Source: Setoptus koraiensis
Taxonomy: Eukaryota > Animalia > Arthropoda
DNA: 64,000 bases
Assembly (NCBI GenBank): GCA_048013815.1
Contig: CM106585.1
Span: 11,098,001 to 11,162,000, forward strand
Direction of reading: 5' to 3'
Shown here: positions 1-12,252 of the stretch, piece by piece
Numbering within the stretch: position 1 is the first letter of the stretch
Layout: each line of letters opens with the position of its first letter
The notes under the pieces: model-generated
Told to the model about the DNA's origin: nothing
The model's input: the letters and a program-made list of their open reading frames with translations, nothing else
Databases searched by the model: none
Position numbers and translations under genes: made by a program

Positions 1-11
1 ATCAGCAATGT

Positions 12-2044
12 TTATCCCATCTCCGGTGCGATGGAAAATTGTAAGAACGTATAAACTGCTGTTGTTATCCATACGAAGAGCTAGAAATTATTGATGAGCG
101 ATGTCAAGGTGTTGTTTTTTCAAAAAGATGATAGATTTAATTGAAAGGAATAGAAATATTGAAGAAATATTATGGTTACATGACGTTATGTCGACTCATG
201 AATGCGCGATTATAGACTCTTGAAATGAGATACTAACTTTGAGAAAATTTTCATTATTGACCGGCACAGTTCGAAACAAAACAAATAATGTCTCTGATCC
301 TGTTTGTAGATGCCTGGACGTCTTCAGCACCGAAAATCTACTCTGTGCGTTCAGTAGATGTTGTTCCACCAACAGCAGCAAAAGATTTCTATTAATACGT
401 TTAAACTGTTTCGAGTTTGTTGGGGATGAAAAGATAGGTTTTTGTTCTCAAAGGAATTAGTTCAGGTGTCATTAATCAACTGTCTAATTAGGATCACAGA
501 CAATAGCTCACCTTTCCTGCTAATTGGGCCAGAAAGAACACTTGATTGATGACGTTCACCAAGTAAAAAGAGGCAATTATAGTGAATAAAATTAGAGGCC
601 ATTTAGTGACACATGTTTTACAGTTGTATGCAACTAGCCATGTAGTCAGAACCCAAACAAATGAGCACAACGATATGAGAACATCTAAGTCCATTCTATC
701 GGTGAATAAAGTTTTCATTAGTTTGAATTCAAATAATAGCTGATTCAAAAGAAAAATCAATTTTTCGCATTGTGCGTCCAATGGTTGTTGGGGTGCAATC
801 AGAGCCGGATCTTTGGGTCTAGCAATCACAAGACCACTGTAGTATGGGCGAGTGCAAGTTTGAGTTTGATAGTTTTCCCTATTTTTTTTCGTATTAATCA
901 CATCAAGATTGCTTAGGAACAATGATTCAAGGCGATCGCTGCTTCGTCTAACATCGTTTCTCGACATACGTAGCTGCTCGACGAAATTGATCAATTGAGT
1001 GTCGAAAATTGATAATCTATCGCTCATTAGAGTCGAATAGCCCACGACAACAAAAGAATCGGCTAAAGTCATTATATTAAGAAATGTTAATATGCACAGG
1101 TCACTGCGTTTGATATTTTCCCAGAATACGTCCCAAGCGTTATCGTTCCTCTGAAGGTAGATATTTCTCAAATAAATCAATAAACTTACGCAAAATATAA
1201 GTTCCACCGCGACTCCTGCTAAGCCAATAAAGCTGGCTCTAGTAAAATTCTTGAATAATTTTGCTGTGCACAGCACTCCTTTTTCGCTACGTATTGTCAT
1301 GAGATCAAACTCTAATATGTCCTTCTTTGTCATTTCCTTCAGAATTGGATATTTTTTTATGAGATCTTCCGGCATTGGTGCACTAGAAAAACAGTAGTGC
1401 ATGTATTCTTTGAATGATAATTTGACAAAAAATAGGAAGTTCATGATGGAGTTCAACTCACAAATGTCCGATTGTTCGTACACAAGATTCCCAATTAGAC
1501 TAGCCCTCGAAAGTTTGGGCTTCTGACGCCTGAATAAGCAATACAATCTCTGAGAAAGTGAGCTCAAGGTAAATGTGAATACCATCACATTTAGTCTTCT
1601 ACGATAGTCAGTAATTGGCTCCCATAAATCGAAGGTGAACACTCTCTTTACAAACGCCCAGACCAGTTTAATAGCGTTGATATATCCCGGATTGTCTTCA
1701 TAATTCACACTGCTTGAATACTCTTCGCCTATATAGTGGGATGGATTAAATCCGTTGTATGCGCAACGAAATACCCAATTAAACAAAAAAAGTACCTCTA
1801 GGGAATACAGAAAGAATTTTATTTTACTATGTTTGTAAATGACAGTTATTACTCGATGTCCTGATCCATATTTAGTCCCGGTGTCGTAATAGTGAGGAAT
1901 AATATGCATATTGAGATGTTCGATTAGTAGATGACCGTAGTAGAATATGTTGAATCTTAGCGGTTCATTGTCTGTATTCGCGTTTAGATCACTTGTTCGA
2001 GTTTTACTTGAAGTTATTCTAGGCGAAACGATTCTTAGCGCCAT
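12..2044 (-). CDS. Gustatory-receptor-like 7TM chemoreceptor, 3 exons: complement(join(12..80,238..405,512..2044)), ~589 aa
   Basis: The 516-aa hydrophobic multi-TM ORF ends at AAG|gtgagc. Both phase-0 GT-AG introns (406..511, 81..237) restore frame. The last exon LFVWITTAVYTFLQFSIAPEMG* resembles the GR TM7 motif TYhhhhhQF (here T-A-VYTFL-QF), and a short terminal exon after a phase-0 intron is typical of arthropod GRs. Confidence 0.75.
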
Positions 2045-3146
2045 CTCAAAATGAGTTAACTATCAGCAAATTCACAATAGTATATTGATCACGTCTAGCT
2101 GTGGTCGAGCGCTATGTCGAATGTTATGTCGGGTGCTATCGTAGGTTTACCGCGAAATGAAAAACACTTTAGGATGACATTGCAATGAGAGCAATTCGAA
2201 GAGTGTGAAATATTTGTTTTTTTTTTTTAATCAACTCACGATCGTTTTGCGTTGTCTGGAACATTTGTTCCTCTGTTTCAACTTGTGCACTATTTAAGGG
2301 CACGAACCTTGATAATACCAACCTTTAAATTCAATGTCATCTAGATGCTCATTGATGGTTAGCATATCAACAACTTTTTCTAGGATTTACATGATATCGT
2401 GCCATGAGTCGTTTCGCTCGAATGAGACGAAAATCGCTCTAAATCAGTCTGGCTTTATTTATTCGCGACATTTCAGTCATATCTTTTAGCAGGCGACCAA
2501 CTTTGTTATCGATACAATTTCAACTGAATACTATCTCAGACATCACGACTCTAGTGCGTCTGTCTCCATCGTTCGTGAAACTTAACTATTGTAAGGGTGT
2601 GCTATCAATACTATCGAAAGATTCCCAGTTGCACGCACTATTTGTTTAAGGGGGGGGGGGGTGCGCGCCAATAAAGTTGGATTTTGAGAATTTTTTTTGC
2701 GCAGTTGCATTGTGTGCATCATCAGCTTCATTTTAATACAGAAATCTTGTAAATTCAGATATTTATTTTTAGGCAACCCCAATCTCCAGAATGAATATTA
2801 GAAACTTAAATTGATGTTCGATAGCATGCCATCTTAGTATCAACAAATATTCCCCATTGTTTGCGTTCTTCGCATTTGCCGCAAGGTTTAGAACTGACTA
2901 ATATGACCATGTTAGAGAGATCTTGGAACAGGTTTTGAAATTATCATATACGTCACATCCAGCGGTGTATATTGAAGCGGTGAAGCCGAAAATTGTGGCC
3001 AAATCAAGATGAAAGTTATTTTTCTCAATTTTGAATCTTCTATTTTACCACAAAGGGTTGTCTCGTTTCGGGGTATTTTATTTATATTTATTTATTAGAT
3101 CGTAGGGAGGTTACGGACGTAGATCTTTAAACTTTTAAAGGGGAAA

Positions 3147-3300
3147 TGTCACACTATCGATCGGTCACACTATCGATCCGTCACACTATAGATCGGTCAC
3201 AATTTTGGTCACACTTTTTTCCTCGTCAGCTGAAGTTTTTCTTTTTCTTCATTTAGTTCTGGAAATATGGGAGACTGAGGGAGAAAATTTCGGTCACACT
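3147..3300 (+). repeat. 16-bp tandem repeat (GTCACACTATCGATCG x~3.5) plus two more GGTCACACT copies
   Basis: Units start at 3148, 3164, 3180 and 3196. Further GGTCACACT copies lie at ~3207 and ~3292, each followed by TTTT..CTCGTCAGCT. Confidence 0.9.
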
Positions 3301-4384
3301 CTTTTTCTCGTCAGCTCTGATTCTGCTTTCAATATTTTCTTCATTTCAAAGGAGACTTCGCTTGTGATTGAGGGTGAAAGCTGGGTAGAATAGAATAAGT
3401 ATGGGAGAATGAGTATGGGAGGATAGGTACGGATATAAGTACAAGCGGGGATTTCACTGACTATTTGTCAGCACGCAGAAATCTTACTGATTTTACTGAC
3501 AAGAAATAAAAAGAAGAAAAAACGCAACATCTTTCGAGACACTTCAGTTTTATTGGTGCATTTTTAGGCCGGCGCCAGCTCCCTCGCGCCTGATTCTTGG
3601 ACTGGGCCTTGTATAGAATTCCACCCAGTATACATTAACGACAGATCAGCACCCATCCGACCTACGATCTCCCTGCCTCAGTCACCCGACTGATAGGATA
3701 ACAAGTTTATATTTACTGTTGGGATATAATAAGAAAAAAATTAGTAGAACAACGATTGATTTGCATTTTGTTCCTTGATGAATTGAAAACGCGATGGCGT
3801 AGGTGTATATAGAGAGGAAGAAAGTGCGACCCCTCCTTGCGTGTCGAAATTTAACTCGGTTTGCCCTATTTTCTGTGCGCGAGCGCAAAAATCATGCATG
3901 GACCTCTTTGTACATATTTATACAGGCTGAAAAAGCGAGAGACCTTCAAAAGAGCAATAGTTGAGTTGGCATAATGAGAACTTGCTTCGCCAGGCCAGAA
4001 TGTGTAATCCATATTTTTATGATTATTTTCGAAGGATTGAGGCAAAGACAATTTAGGAAAACAATTATTCTGGTGTCTTTGCATCAATGCTCATTTATTG
4101 TTTCCTCTTGATCTCAGGGTCTGAGACAAAACCAGCCCTTTTAGAAGGTTTTGGGTCGCGTGTCGAACTGCAGATCTGTCAGACACTTCGTAACAGTTGT
4201 CTATGTGGTGTCCACGGCTGATTCCAATTGAAGAGCAACTCTACCCTAGTATAAAGCTATAATCAGGTCCAGAGAGTCTCCTATCGGTGGCTAGAGTGGA
4301 GGTTTTTTTTATTTAAATCAGTCAGCTGTAGAGTCATGGTTGAAATCAAATCAAAACAGATCAATTGAGATTACTCCTCTTATA

Positions 4385-5597
4385 TCACTTTCGAAGTCTA
4401 GAAATGTGAGAGGACTTCGATGTTGCTGATTGCAAAATATTACTATTGTAAGTTTTAGTCTGGCCTGTCAAGCCTTTGCTAGTTTCGTCTGAGAAACTCA
4501 TAGTGCTGCGCTGTACTCCGGTACTGGATGAGGGTCCTGCGCCCGCGAGCCAAGGCATTTGGAGACAGAGATCCTTCATTGTTGGCCTTTCGTTCGGATC
4601 TATTTCAAAGCATGAATTTATAAGATGGCGAACAGGTGGAGAAAGCCTGTTGTGCTTGTCCTTCTCTAGATATTTCTTTGCCAATTGTTCTTTCCTGAGG
4701 GCAGTTAGATTATCGCTAGCTTCAAAAGGGTAGCGACGGGTCACCGATAAGTAGATTCCCACACCGAACGCCCAAACGTCAGCTTGCTTCGGATCATAAC
4801 ATCGTTCTTTAGCATCTTTTAACATTTCGGGTGCGAGATAAGGCTCGCTGGAGATAGATATATCGTGTATGGTGGCGTTAGTTGTTAGTTATTAGTCGAG
4901 ATAGAAGATAGAATGATTTAGTGTTTTAATCACCATACCTTCCACAAATGGTTGAGCTGAGAACAAGCTTTTTTGTGTTCATATCGATACAGAATTTGGA
5001 TAAGCCAAAACCCGTCAATTTTGCATTCAATTGGTGATCTATAAGTACATTTTCCAGTTTATAATTCCTATGTGCAACGTGAAATCTATGCAAGAATTCT
5101 AAAGCTGTCGCAATTTGACGGGCCCATTTCTTTGCATACTCCTCTGTGAGTCTGCCATGCTTTCTGATGAAACCAACACAATTTCCATAGATACAGTATT
5201 GCATAAATATGAATATTCTATTAGAAGTTTTAAAGACCTCAATCACTCTGAGAATATCCTCTTGATTGGCCTGACCTAGCGCCAGAGCTAATTTCAAATT
5301 TTTAGTCCTCGCCTTCAGGGCTCCCTTGCCCTGAAGATACTTTTTGGCCAGAACTTTACATGCCAGATCGTAATTTGGAGTGTAGGCAGGCGGTTCTCCA
5401 TTTTCTTTCAATGGAGGCTTGGGTACATTCAACGGGTGACCAATAAATACAGCCGATCTAACGCCAACACCAATAAGTCTTGTGTAATCTACCTCATAGC
5501 CTTCATCCTTCAAGGCTTTGGTATCGGTGACTGATTTATAATCTTCGATGTACCTAACTGCTGGGGTTTGCCTCTGTGGTTTGAGGTTCTGAGTCAT
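4385..5597 (-). CDS. Testis-specific Ser/Thr kinase (TSSK)-like protein, predicted pseudokinase; complement(join(4385..4847,4939..5597))
   Basis: Two kinase-domain ORFs are joined by a 91-nt phase-2 GT-AG intron, giving STICGSEPYLAPE. Subdomains present: LACK, HRNYKLEN, LTGFG, APE, DVWAFG. STICG, DVW and RYPF match the TSSK/CAMK group. Confidence 0.85.
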
Positions 5598-6036
5598 ACC
5601 TTAGCCACGCAACTCGTATACTTCTTTTCAAATGTACAGAAGCATGTTCGCCTGAGGGCATGTGCATACGCTAATTATATAAGTACATAGAGTCAGGCGA
5701 TAGAAGCCTTATTTTATATGATACATGTACATTGTTACTGATATTCAATGCATCACGCGGATTCAATGGATTTATCCTCGATCGCAAGCCTCACAGTTCA
5801 CTCTCGATCATATTGAAGACAATCAAACGTTGTTCTGAAGCAATCACTCCAATTGTCTCGCTTTAGTGGAGCAAAAGATAAATTTTTATAATAAATATTT
5901 CAAACTGTGCGTTTCGTCAGAAGCAATCAGATATTTGCTACAAATCAACTCTTGGTTTGCTTAATATTTTTGTTTAACACTTGTGAGGTGCGTCTAGAAG
6001 TAGCGAGAAACAAAACAATAAGACAAACTAATAGAG

Positions 6037-6798
6037 ATGGAACAAGCAAATGAACAGGACCAGCATTTGCAGGATAAATTGAATGAACTGTCAGATCAAA
6101 GCGACCTCATTGAGGAACACTACTTAACAAGTGACAATGATGTTGTCACTGACGCTGAAAGTGATGATGGACAAGTGGCAACCGCATTAACATACAATGA
6201 GCATGATGGTCTCGCCAGTGATATTGGTGAGGATGATGGAACTGATGCAACCGAGGAAGATGACGATGAACTAGATATGGACGCCATGCTGAAACAAGCT
6301 AATCTGCATTATTTAGGTAAGCAGACTCAATCGCAAGAAAATCAGCAAACTGCATCATCGTCGTTGCATCATGATGGACCATGTGGTTTTGCGGCAAGCT
6401 TGGAACAATTGGAGCGACAAAGTCAGCATCTGGTTAGAGGTGACATCAAGGAATTGCGAGAACGACTTGAGCAATTGGAATCGCGACAAGATACATTGGA
6501 TATGAAACTGAACATGGTTACTGAAGTGTTGTCAAATTCTAATCTGATTAAGCATGAGGATCAAAGATCATTAATGTCGGACATTGAGTCAGAGCAAGCA
6601 GCCTCGATACCGGATAATGATGCAGAAAATCCGATGCAACAATGCGAGCATAAATGTGTGAGCGACAAAATTCTAGGATCATCTGTACTGGATAACAAAC
6701 AGATAGATTTTGGCGCTAATCATGGAGCGGCATCAGAAGGTGGATCTTCGACGTCATATCAATCGTCTGCCTCTGATATCTCATCTGCTGGCTTTTGA
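6037..6798 (+). CDS. Hypothetical acidic protein with a central coiled coil (253 aa)
   Basis: Intronless ATG ORF in an AT-rich background. D/E-rich N-half and heptad pattern in DIKELRERLEQLESRQDTLDMKLNMV. No family recognised. Confidence 0.7.
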   Translation: MEQANEQDQHLQDKLNELSDQSDLIEEHYLTSDNDVVTDAESDDGQVATALTYNEHDGLASDIGEDDGTDATEEDDDELDMDAMLKQANLHYLGKQTQSQENQQTASSSLHHDGPCGFAASLEQLERQSQHLVRGDIKELRERLEQLESRQDTLDMKLNMVTEVLSNSNLIKHEDQRSLMSDIESEQAASIPDNDAENPMQQCEHKCVSDKILGSSVLDNKQIDFGANHGAASEGGSSTSYQSSASDISSAGF

Positions 6799-7637
6799 GA
6801 AGAAAGAGAACGAAAAAACACACCAAAAACAAAATCAAAATAGATGATTCTTAATATGTAAGCTCGAATCCATTTTTTTTCTACCATGACTCGATTTGAT
6901 TAATAAATAGCTGCAACTATGATCTATCTGACCATAATTCGGGACAATGGCTTGAATGAGTGTGACATTTCGTTCTAGTTGTCCACTTGTTGAATAGTTT
7001 GATTTTAGTATTCTCTCAATTTTCGAGCCCGAAATCAACAATATAAAATTCTGACGACATCTTCCTTTGGTTATTCGTGGTACTTAGGTGTAGTAAGGCT
7101 ACCGTAGTCGGCTAAAAATATATTACATAAAATACATGCATGCCCATAAGAGCGCGCAAGAAGAGATTCAATTGGCCAGAGTACCCTGCAGCTTGCCTTG
7201 TTTGCAAGCTTTCCCACCACTCAATTCACTAGTGAAATGTAACTCTAAACTGAAAAATTATTTACAGCTTCCCCTTGATTATGTCTGATCTAAAAATTTA
7301 TCTCTAATGAGTCATATTGCTCTGCTACTCAAAACTCATAACTGTTGATTGGATTTTGAGCTTGTTAAAAGAGTTTCGAGATTATTTTCGAGAAGCTAAT
7401 AGAAGTAGATGCAAGTTCAGCAAGTTTTTACTCTTTTCGCTGGTGTGCGTGTGTGAGAGTTGAAAACACTTGTTTGAGAAATAGTTATCGTGATTGCAAA
7501 CTGGCGATATGGTAATTATAGTTTAGTTATTTAATACCTAATCATATTGTTAGTAAAATCTCTAGGATACCAGACGATATAATAATTGGCATACCATTCG
7601 TGATCCATAATAGGAGTGCTTACAAGGCTATCTCAAG

Positions 7638-8974
7638 ATGAAGTGCCTCACCATAGTGCCGAGTTTTTATGCAGTAAGTTGTGCAATTAATTTTTTGTCG
7701 TAATTATCTGAATGATTAGTTTTGGGACGGGCTCGCAACAAATGGACAAACAACAAACAACTGTTAGGTCCAACTACAAAAATTTTACATTGTCTCTTCT
7801 TTTTTCATTCTCTTTTACCATTGTGCCCTCAATCATACGATGGTGGCTGTAAATTGGACGATGACCAATCAATCAGTCGGCTCTTATATTGACTATCTGC
7901 TTCTTCATGATTGCTGGCCAAACGTGTAGAGTGATGGCATCGGAATCCGAGGACGAATCTGACGATGATTCCACTTCGGACCTTTCGACCACTACAGTAG
8001 CGCCTCCAACCACCGAGGCTCCAACAACAACCTCTAAACATCCGGCAACCACAAAAGCGACAACAATCACAAAAGTGACGCCGAGTCCTACAACAAAACC
8101 AAAAGTTCATCATCATCACATACATCTAAACCACGATCAGAAAGTGGCTACAGCAAGTAGCAGCAAGCCAGCGACTGAGCACAGTGCCAAAACAACTACA
8201 AGCGCACCACAAGCCGCTAAAAGCTCAACAACGAAGGCTGCCACAACCAATACTACAACTACTGCCGAGCCCAGCTCAGATGAAGAGGAAGATGATGATG
8301 TTTCGACCACGGCTAGTCCGATAGAAGAGAAATCTAAAAGCCTGCCAACATTGGCCTCAAAACTATTATCATCACGTTCTGGCATTCTAGTAAAATTAAC
8401 GACGACAATTGAACCGAAAAAATCTACCACAAACACTCCCAGTACCAGCGATCCAGATGAAACAGAAGAAGAAGAAGAAGCCCCACCAATTACGCCATTG
8501 AAAACTTTCAGCGGTGACTCTACCACGAAAATTCCTACAGTATCACCTAATAAGGCAGCTCAAGTGACCACGTCGAAAGCACCAGAGGAAGACGCGACTT
8601 CAGAGTCCCCAAAAACATCTCCTTCGCCAAAGGAGGCAGCGAAAAAGAGTTCAAGCTCAGATAAAACATCATTTCCATTGATCAGGCGATTCCCTTTCAA
8701 GGCAGGCACCACCAGCACAGTGAAGCCAACGAAAAATTCTACAACCACTGGCCATCCAACAAGCATTTCTAAGCATTTATCGGCGTCTACAACTAGCGCA
8801 AAGCCAACAGGTAGTAGCACTTCGAGCTCGCCGACAGAAAGTCACGAAAGTGACAGTAACGACGATAGTGATGATAATGAGACTACTTCAACCACCACTA
8901 CAGCTGGGCCTAGCACACAGGCACCAATTTCCAGCTCAGGAGCACCCACAACAGAAGCGAATGATTACGAGTGA
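7638..8974 (+). CDS. Secreted Ser/Thr-rich mucin-like protein; join(7638..7673,7877..8974)
   Basis: Short first exon MKCLTIVPSFYA|gtaagt splices in phase 0 to aatcag|SALILTICFFMIAG, forming a signal peptide. The rest is T/S/P/K-rich with acidic patches and a His cluster. Confidence 0.75.
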
Positions 8975-9192
8975 GCATGAGTGACGATTACAAAGATATA
9001 AATTAATTTTTATTAGTGACACAACTGAAATCCATGTAATAGTTATGATGATAATGATGACTGATTAATAACGTAGTGCACAATATCTCTGATTTTTTTT
9101 ATAGCATATTGATCAGGCTAAGTGAGGCGTGTTATTTTTTGTCGCGCGCGGCACTGATTTGGGGTACAGTTTACAGTTTATATTTTGATAAA

Positions 9193-9915
9193 TTAGTTTC
9201 GATTGACCATCGCCAATAATAAACTACTACCGACCACCATGATAGAGAAGTAAGAGCCGCCGATTGAAAGTATTGACGCGGAATTCTTTCCCGGGGCAAT
9301 TATTGTGGTCATCGTAGTGATTGAGTGGCTAGTTGTTTCAGATCCTGGCATTTTGCTGGTCATTGTGGTGACCATTGGTGTGACCGTTGATGGCTTCTGC
9401 ATCTCTGTGGTGGTCATGGGACTTGATGAGTCAGTTGGCGATGATGAAGTTGAATCAGTTGAATTAGCTGAATCATTTGTTTCGATTGGTGAACCAAGTG
9501 GGTCATTCATGTTAGTTTCGGTGCCATTTACCAGTAACTTTGATTTGTTTTCCAAAACCTTCATACCACTATTCTCTGGAAGGTATTTGTTGTGCTCTGC
9601 TGAGTTGCCATTTATAACTTGCTTTGGCAATCCACCGGCATGAGAGGATTCATTGCCACTCACTACAAAATTCAAGTTCAATTGTTTCACATCCGGCGGT
9701 CTTGAGTCATCAATAATAATATTATCTGATGAATTAGTAACAACCTGAATGGGTACATCCATTAGGCCAACGTTAGACGGCAACGAGTCGTTCAATAGAG
9801 ATGAATCGTAGATGAGCTGATTGTTGGCAATCATTGGCAAATAGTTGGCCGAGCTAATGGTTGTAGCGATCGCCAGGGCTAGAACCACATGCAAGTTGTA
9901 TCCTTTAATTGACAT
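9193..9915 (-). CDS. Predicted GPI-anchored Ser/Thr/Asn-rich surface glycoprotein (~240 aa)
   Basis: The ATG at 9915 gives a signal peptide (MSIKGYNLHVVLALAIATTISSA). An S/T-rich stalk leads to a hydrophobic C-terminus (SILSIGGSYFSIMVVGSSLLLAMVNRN*) with no cytoplasmic tail. Confidence 0.75.
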   Translation of the reverse strand: MSIKGYNLHVVLALAIATTISSANYLPMIANNQLIYDSSLLNDSLPSNVGLMDVPIQVVTNSSDNIIIDDSRPPDVKQLNLNFVVSGNESSHAGGLPKQVINGNSAEHNKYLPENSGMKVLENKSKLLVNGTETNMNDPLGSPIETNDSANSTDSTSSSPTDSSSPMTTTEMQKPSTVTPMVTTMTSKMPGSETTSHSITTMTTIIAPGKNSASILSIGGSYFSIMVVGSSLLLAMVNRN

Positions 9916-10558
9916 TTTAGGTTTTGCTTTTCTTTCACTAATTATCAATATTCTTATTCTCTTACAATCTTGTTTGGACAATTTTCTTTTTTCGTTTCCA
10001 ACAAAACCAATTAATTGATTGAGATTATTTATTTGTGATTCTATTATTACGTCTAATACCAACAGAGCCTAAATCGTAATAATTTGTCTACAATTATGTA
10101 TATTCAACTAGCACTAACTAAATCAATTATACATAATGCACTATCCTAGAGCACGAGCCCGAAACGTCTGACGAAGAAAAAAAAACACACACACACACAC
10201 ACAATCAGATATATCGTTGAATAAGTTGTTGTTTTTGCAAGTAGTATTGCAGCAGTTCTCTTCTGTCAACTGTCGCCACAACCTCTGGCGCGCGGGCTCG
10301 CTCAAACCAAGAGTCAAAGCAAAAATCCATACGAGGCAATATTGATATTCGTGATGCTAACTAGATCTCCAGTCTATTGGTCAGTTAGCCAGAAGATAAG
10401 CTTCTTTGTTAGATAAATCGAAACAATTATTGCACTAATAATTGCTTATTTCTACGAAATTTTATTTTATTTTTTTCTGACTGTGCGCTTTCACTTCGAG
10501 TGATGTTCCTCTAAATGTCACGATTAATTACATCCGCTGATATCTATGACCTATTCAG

Positions 10559-11878
10559 ATGGCTCCTCGTCCAAAGTTACCTACGGATAAAAAAGGCAAA
10601 AAATTGAGTAGCCAATTAAATTCAGCAGTTGATCAGACACACTCAGCAGTAGCATCGGAATTACTTGTCGCCAAAAGTGTTACTGGCATGAAAAAAGAGG
10701 CAGAAGGAGGACCGGGCGCACCAGCCGGACCAGGCGGAGCCAAACGTTCAGGAAGCGCGGGCGCTCAGGCCAGTAACTTGGGTCACCAATACGGTCATTA
10801 TGGTAGTAGACAAGCACATGAATTATTTGCCGTGCTGAAAGATTTTATGAGCAAGTGCGACTTAACCAGCTACGGGCCGAAGGTGCCTCCAGTACCTAAC
10901 CAATGGACTAATTTAATCACCAACGATAAGAGAAATTTTCAGGCGATGGTCACAAAGGTGCTAACTGACATGGAGAACACTTTCAAACAAGAGGAACGTA
11001 TGGTCAATGTGCAATCGCCATTGTATGTATTTGGTGATATTCATGGAAATTTTCACGATTTGAAATATTATGAGCGCGAGCTGTGGGCAATGGGCCCAGG
11101 CAAATCAAAAGTGTCCTTTATATTTTTAGGCGATCTGGTTGATAGAGGCAATCACAGCTTAGAGGTTGTATTATATTTATTTTGTTGTAAATTAATGTCT
11201 CGTAAAAACAATTTTGTTCTTATTAGGGGCAATCACGAATTGCGTGCAATTCAACAGGCCTTCACATTTCATAGGGAATGTATTGATAAACTGGGCCCAT
11301 CATTGGGTGTAACTGTTTGGTCAGCAATAAACAAGGTGTTCGATCATATGCCAGTGGCAGCTCTCATAGATCAGCATATATTTTGTTGTCATGGTGGCAT
11401 TCCAATGTCGGCGGCCTCCATCAAGGACATCTATAATATACCGTGCCCGCTGAGCGATCCAGAAAATCAGAGCCCGCTGGCTTGGGAACTGATGTGGAAC
11501 GATCCACTGACCAATACTTTGTTTGGTGAAATGGCTGAACTGTTGCGCTTACAATCGGGCTCATCGGCATTCACTGCCCTAAAGGGATTTTTACCAAACA
11601 ACAAGCGTGGCACTGCATATTATTTCAGCGAAGCTGCCGCAACACGATTTATGGAGCTCAACAATTTGTCGCACGTTATCAGGGCCCACGAATGCCTGCC
11701 CACCGGCTACACTTTGCATAGCAATCAAAAATTGATAACGGTTTTTTCGTCTTCAAAGTACTGCGGTGGCACCAACGATGCCGCTTGTGTCTTAGTCGAA
11801 TACGACGATGTTCGTGTCATCCGATTGGATATAGGCGAACATAACGCCATACCCTCACCAGCTCCCGCACCGAATTGA
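10559..11878 (+). CDS. PPP-family Ser/Thr protein phosphatase, divergent PP1-like (439 aa, intronless)
   Basis: All metal-binding motifs are intact: GDIHG, GDLVDRG, RGNHE, HGG, WNDP, RAHE and SSSKYCG (SAPNYC-like). It has a ~130-aa basic/Gly-rich N-extension and a ~20-aa insertion after WNDP. Confidence 0.92.
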   Translation: MAPRPKLPTDKKGKKLSSQLNSAVDQTHSAVASELLVAKSVTGMKKEAEGGPGAPAGPGGAKRSGSAGAQASNLGHQYGHYGSRQAHELFAVLKDFMSKCDLTSYGPKVPPVPNQWTNLITNDKRNFQAMVTKVLTDMENTFKQEERMVNVQSPLYVFGDIHGNFHDLKYYERELWAMGPGKSKVSFIFLGDLVDRGNHSLEVVLYLFCCKLMSRKNNFVLIRGNHELRAIQQAFTFHRECIDKLGPSLGVTVWSAINKVFDHMPVAALIDQHIFCCHGGIPMSAASIKDIYNIPCPLSDPENQSPLAWELMWNDPLTNTLFGEMAELLRLQSGSSAFTALKGFLPNNKRGTAYYFSEAAATRFMELNNLSHVIRAHECLPTGYTLHSNQKLITVFSSSKYCGGTNDAACVLVEYDDVRVIRLDIGEHNAIPSPAPAPN

Positions 11879-12252
11879 TCGGTCAAAGTCAACAGGTAAA
11901 CCGCACTGGGGAGACGACCATTAGTATATATAAAAAACAAAACAAAAAAAAAACAATCGATACCCTTCTCTCTTTTCTAGATAATCCTTATTTGTTAGGA
12001 TGCAGCACATTGTACGTGTGCTGCCTAACCGGAATTCGAGGTGCAAGAAAAAAACTCATGCATTGCTCTCTATCGAACTCGAATCCAGTCGCTCCGGAAG
12101 TTTCCACATTTCTTTTTTTCTATTTACACTTGATTTATTTACAAGGTTGAAACAGGCAGAAAATCATTCGATAGGCTACTACTCGGAACACATTCTGTCA
12201 TTACGTTGATTAATGACTTCGTTACCACCGCTCTCCTCCTGTTGAGCCCTAA

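Noticed and set aside
7829-9643. Antisense ORFs (7829..8125, 8137..8526, 8560..8820, 9305..9643)
   Set aside because: They are shadows of the S/T-rich mucin genes on the opposite strand.
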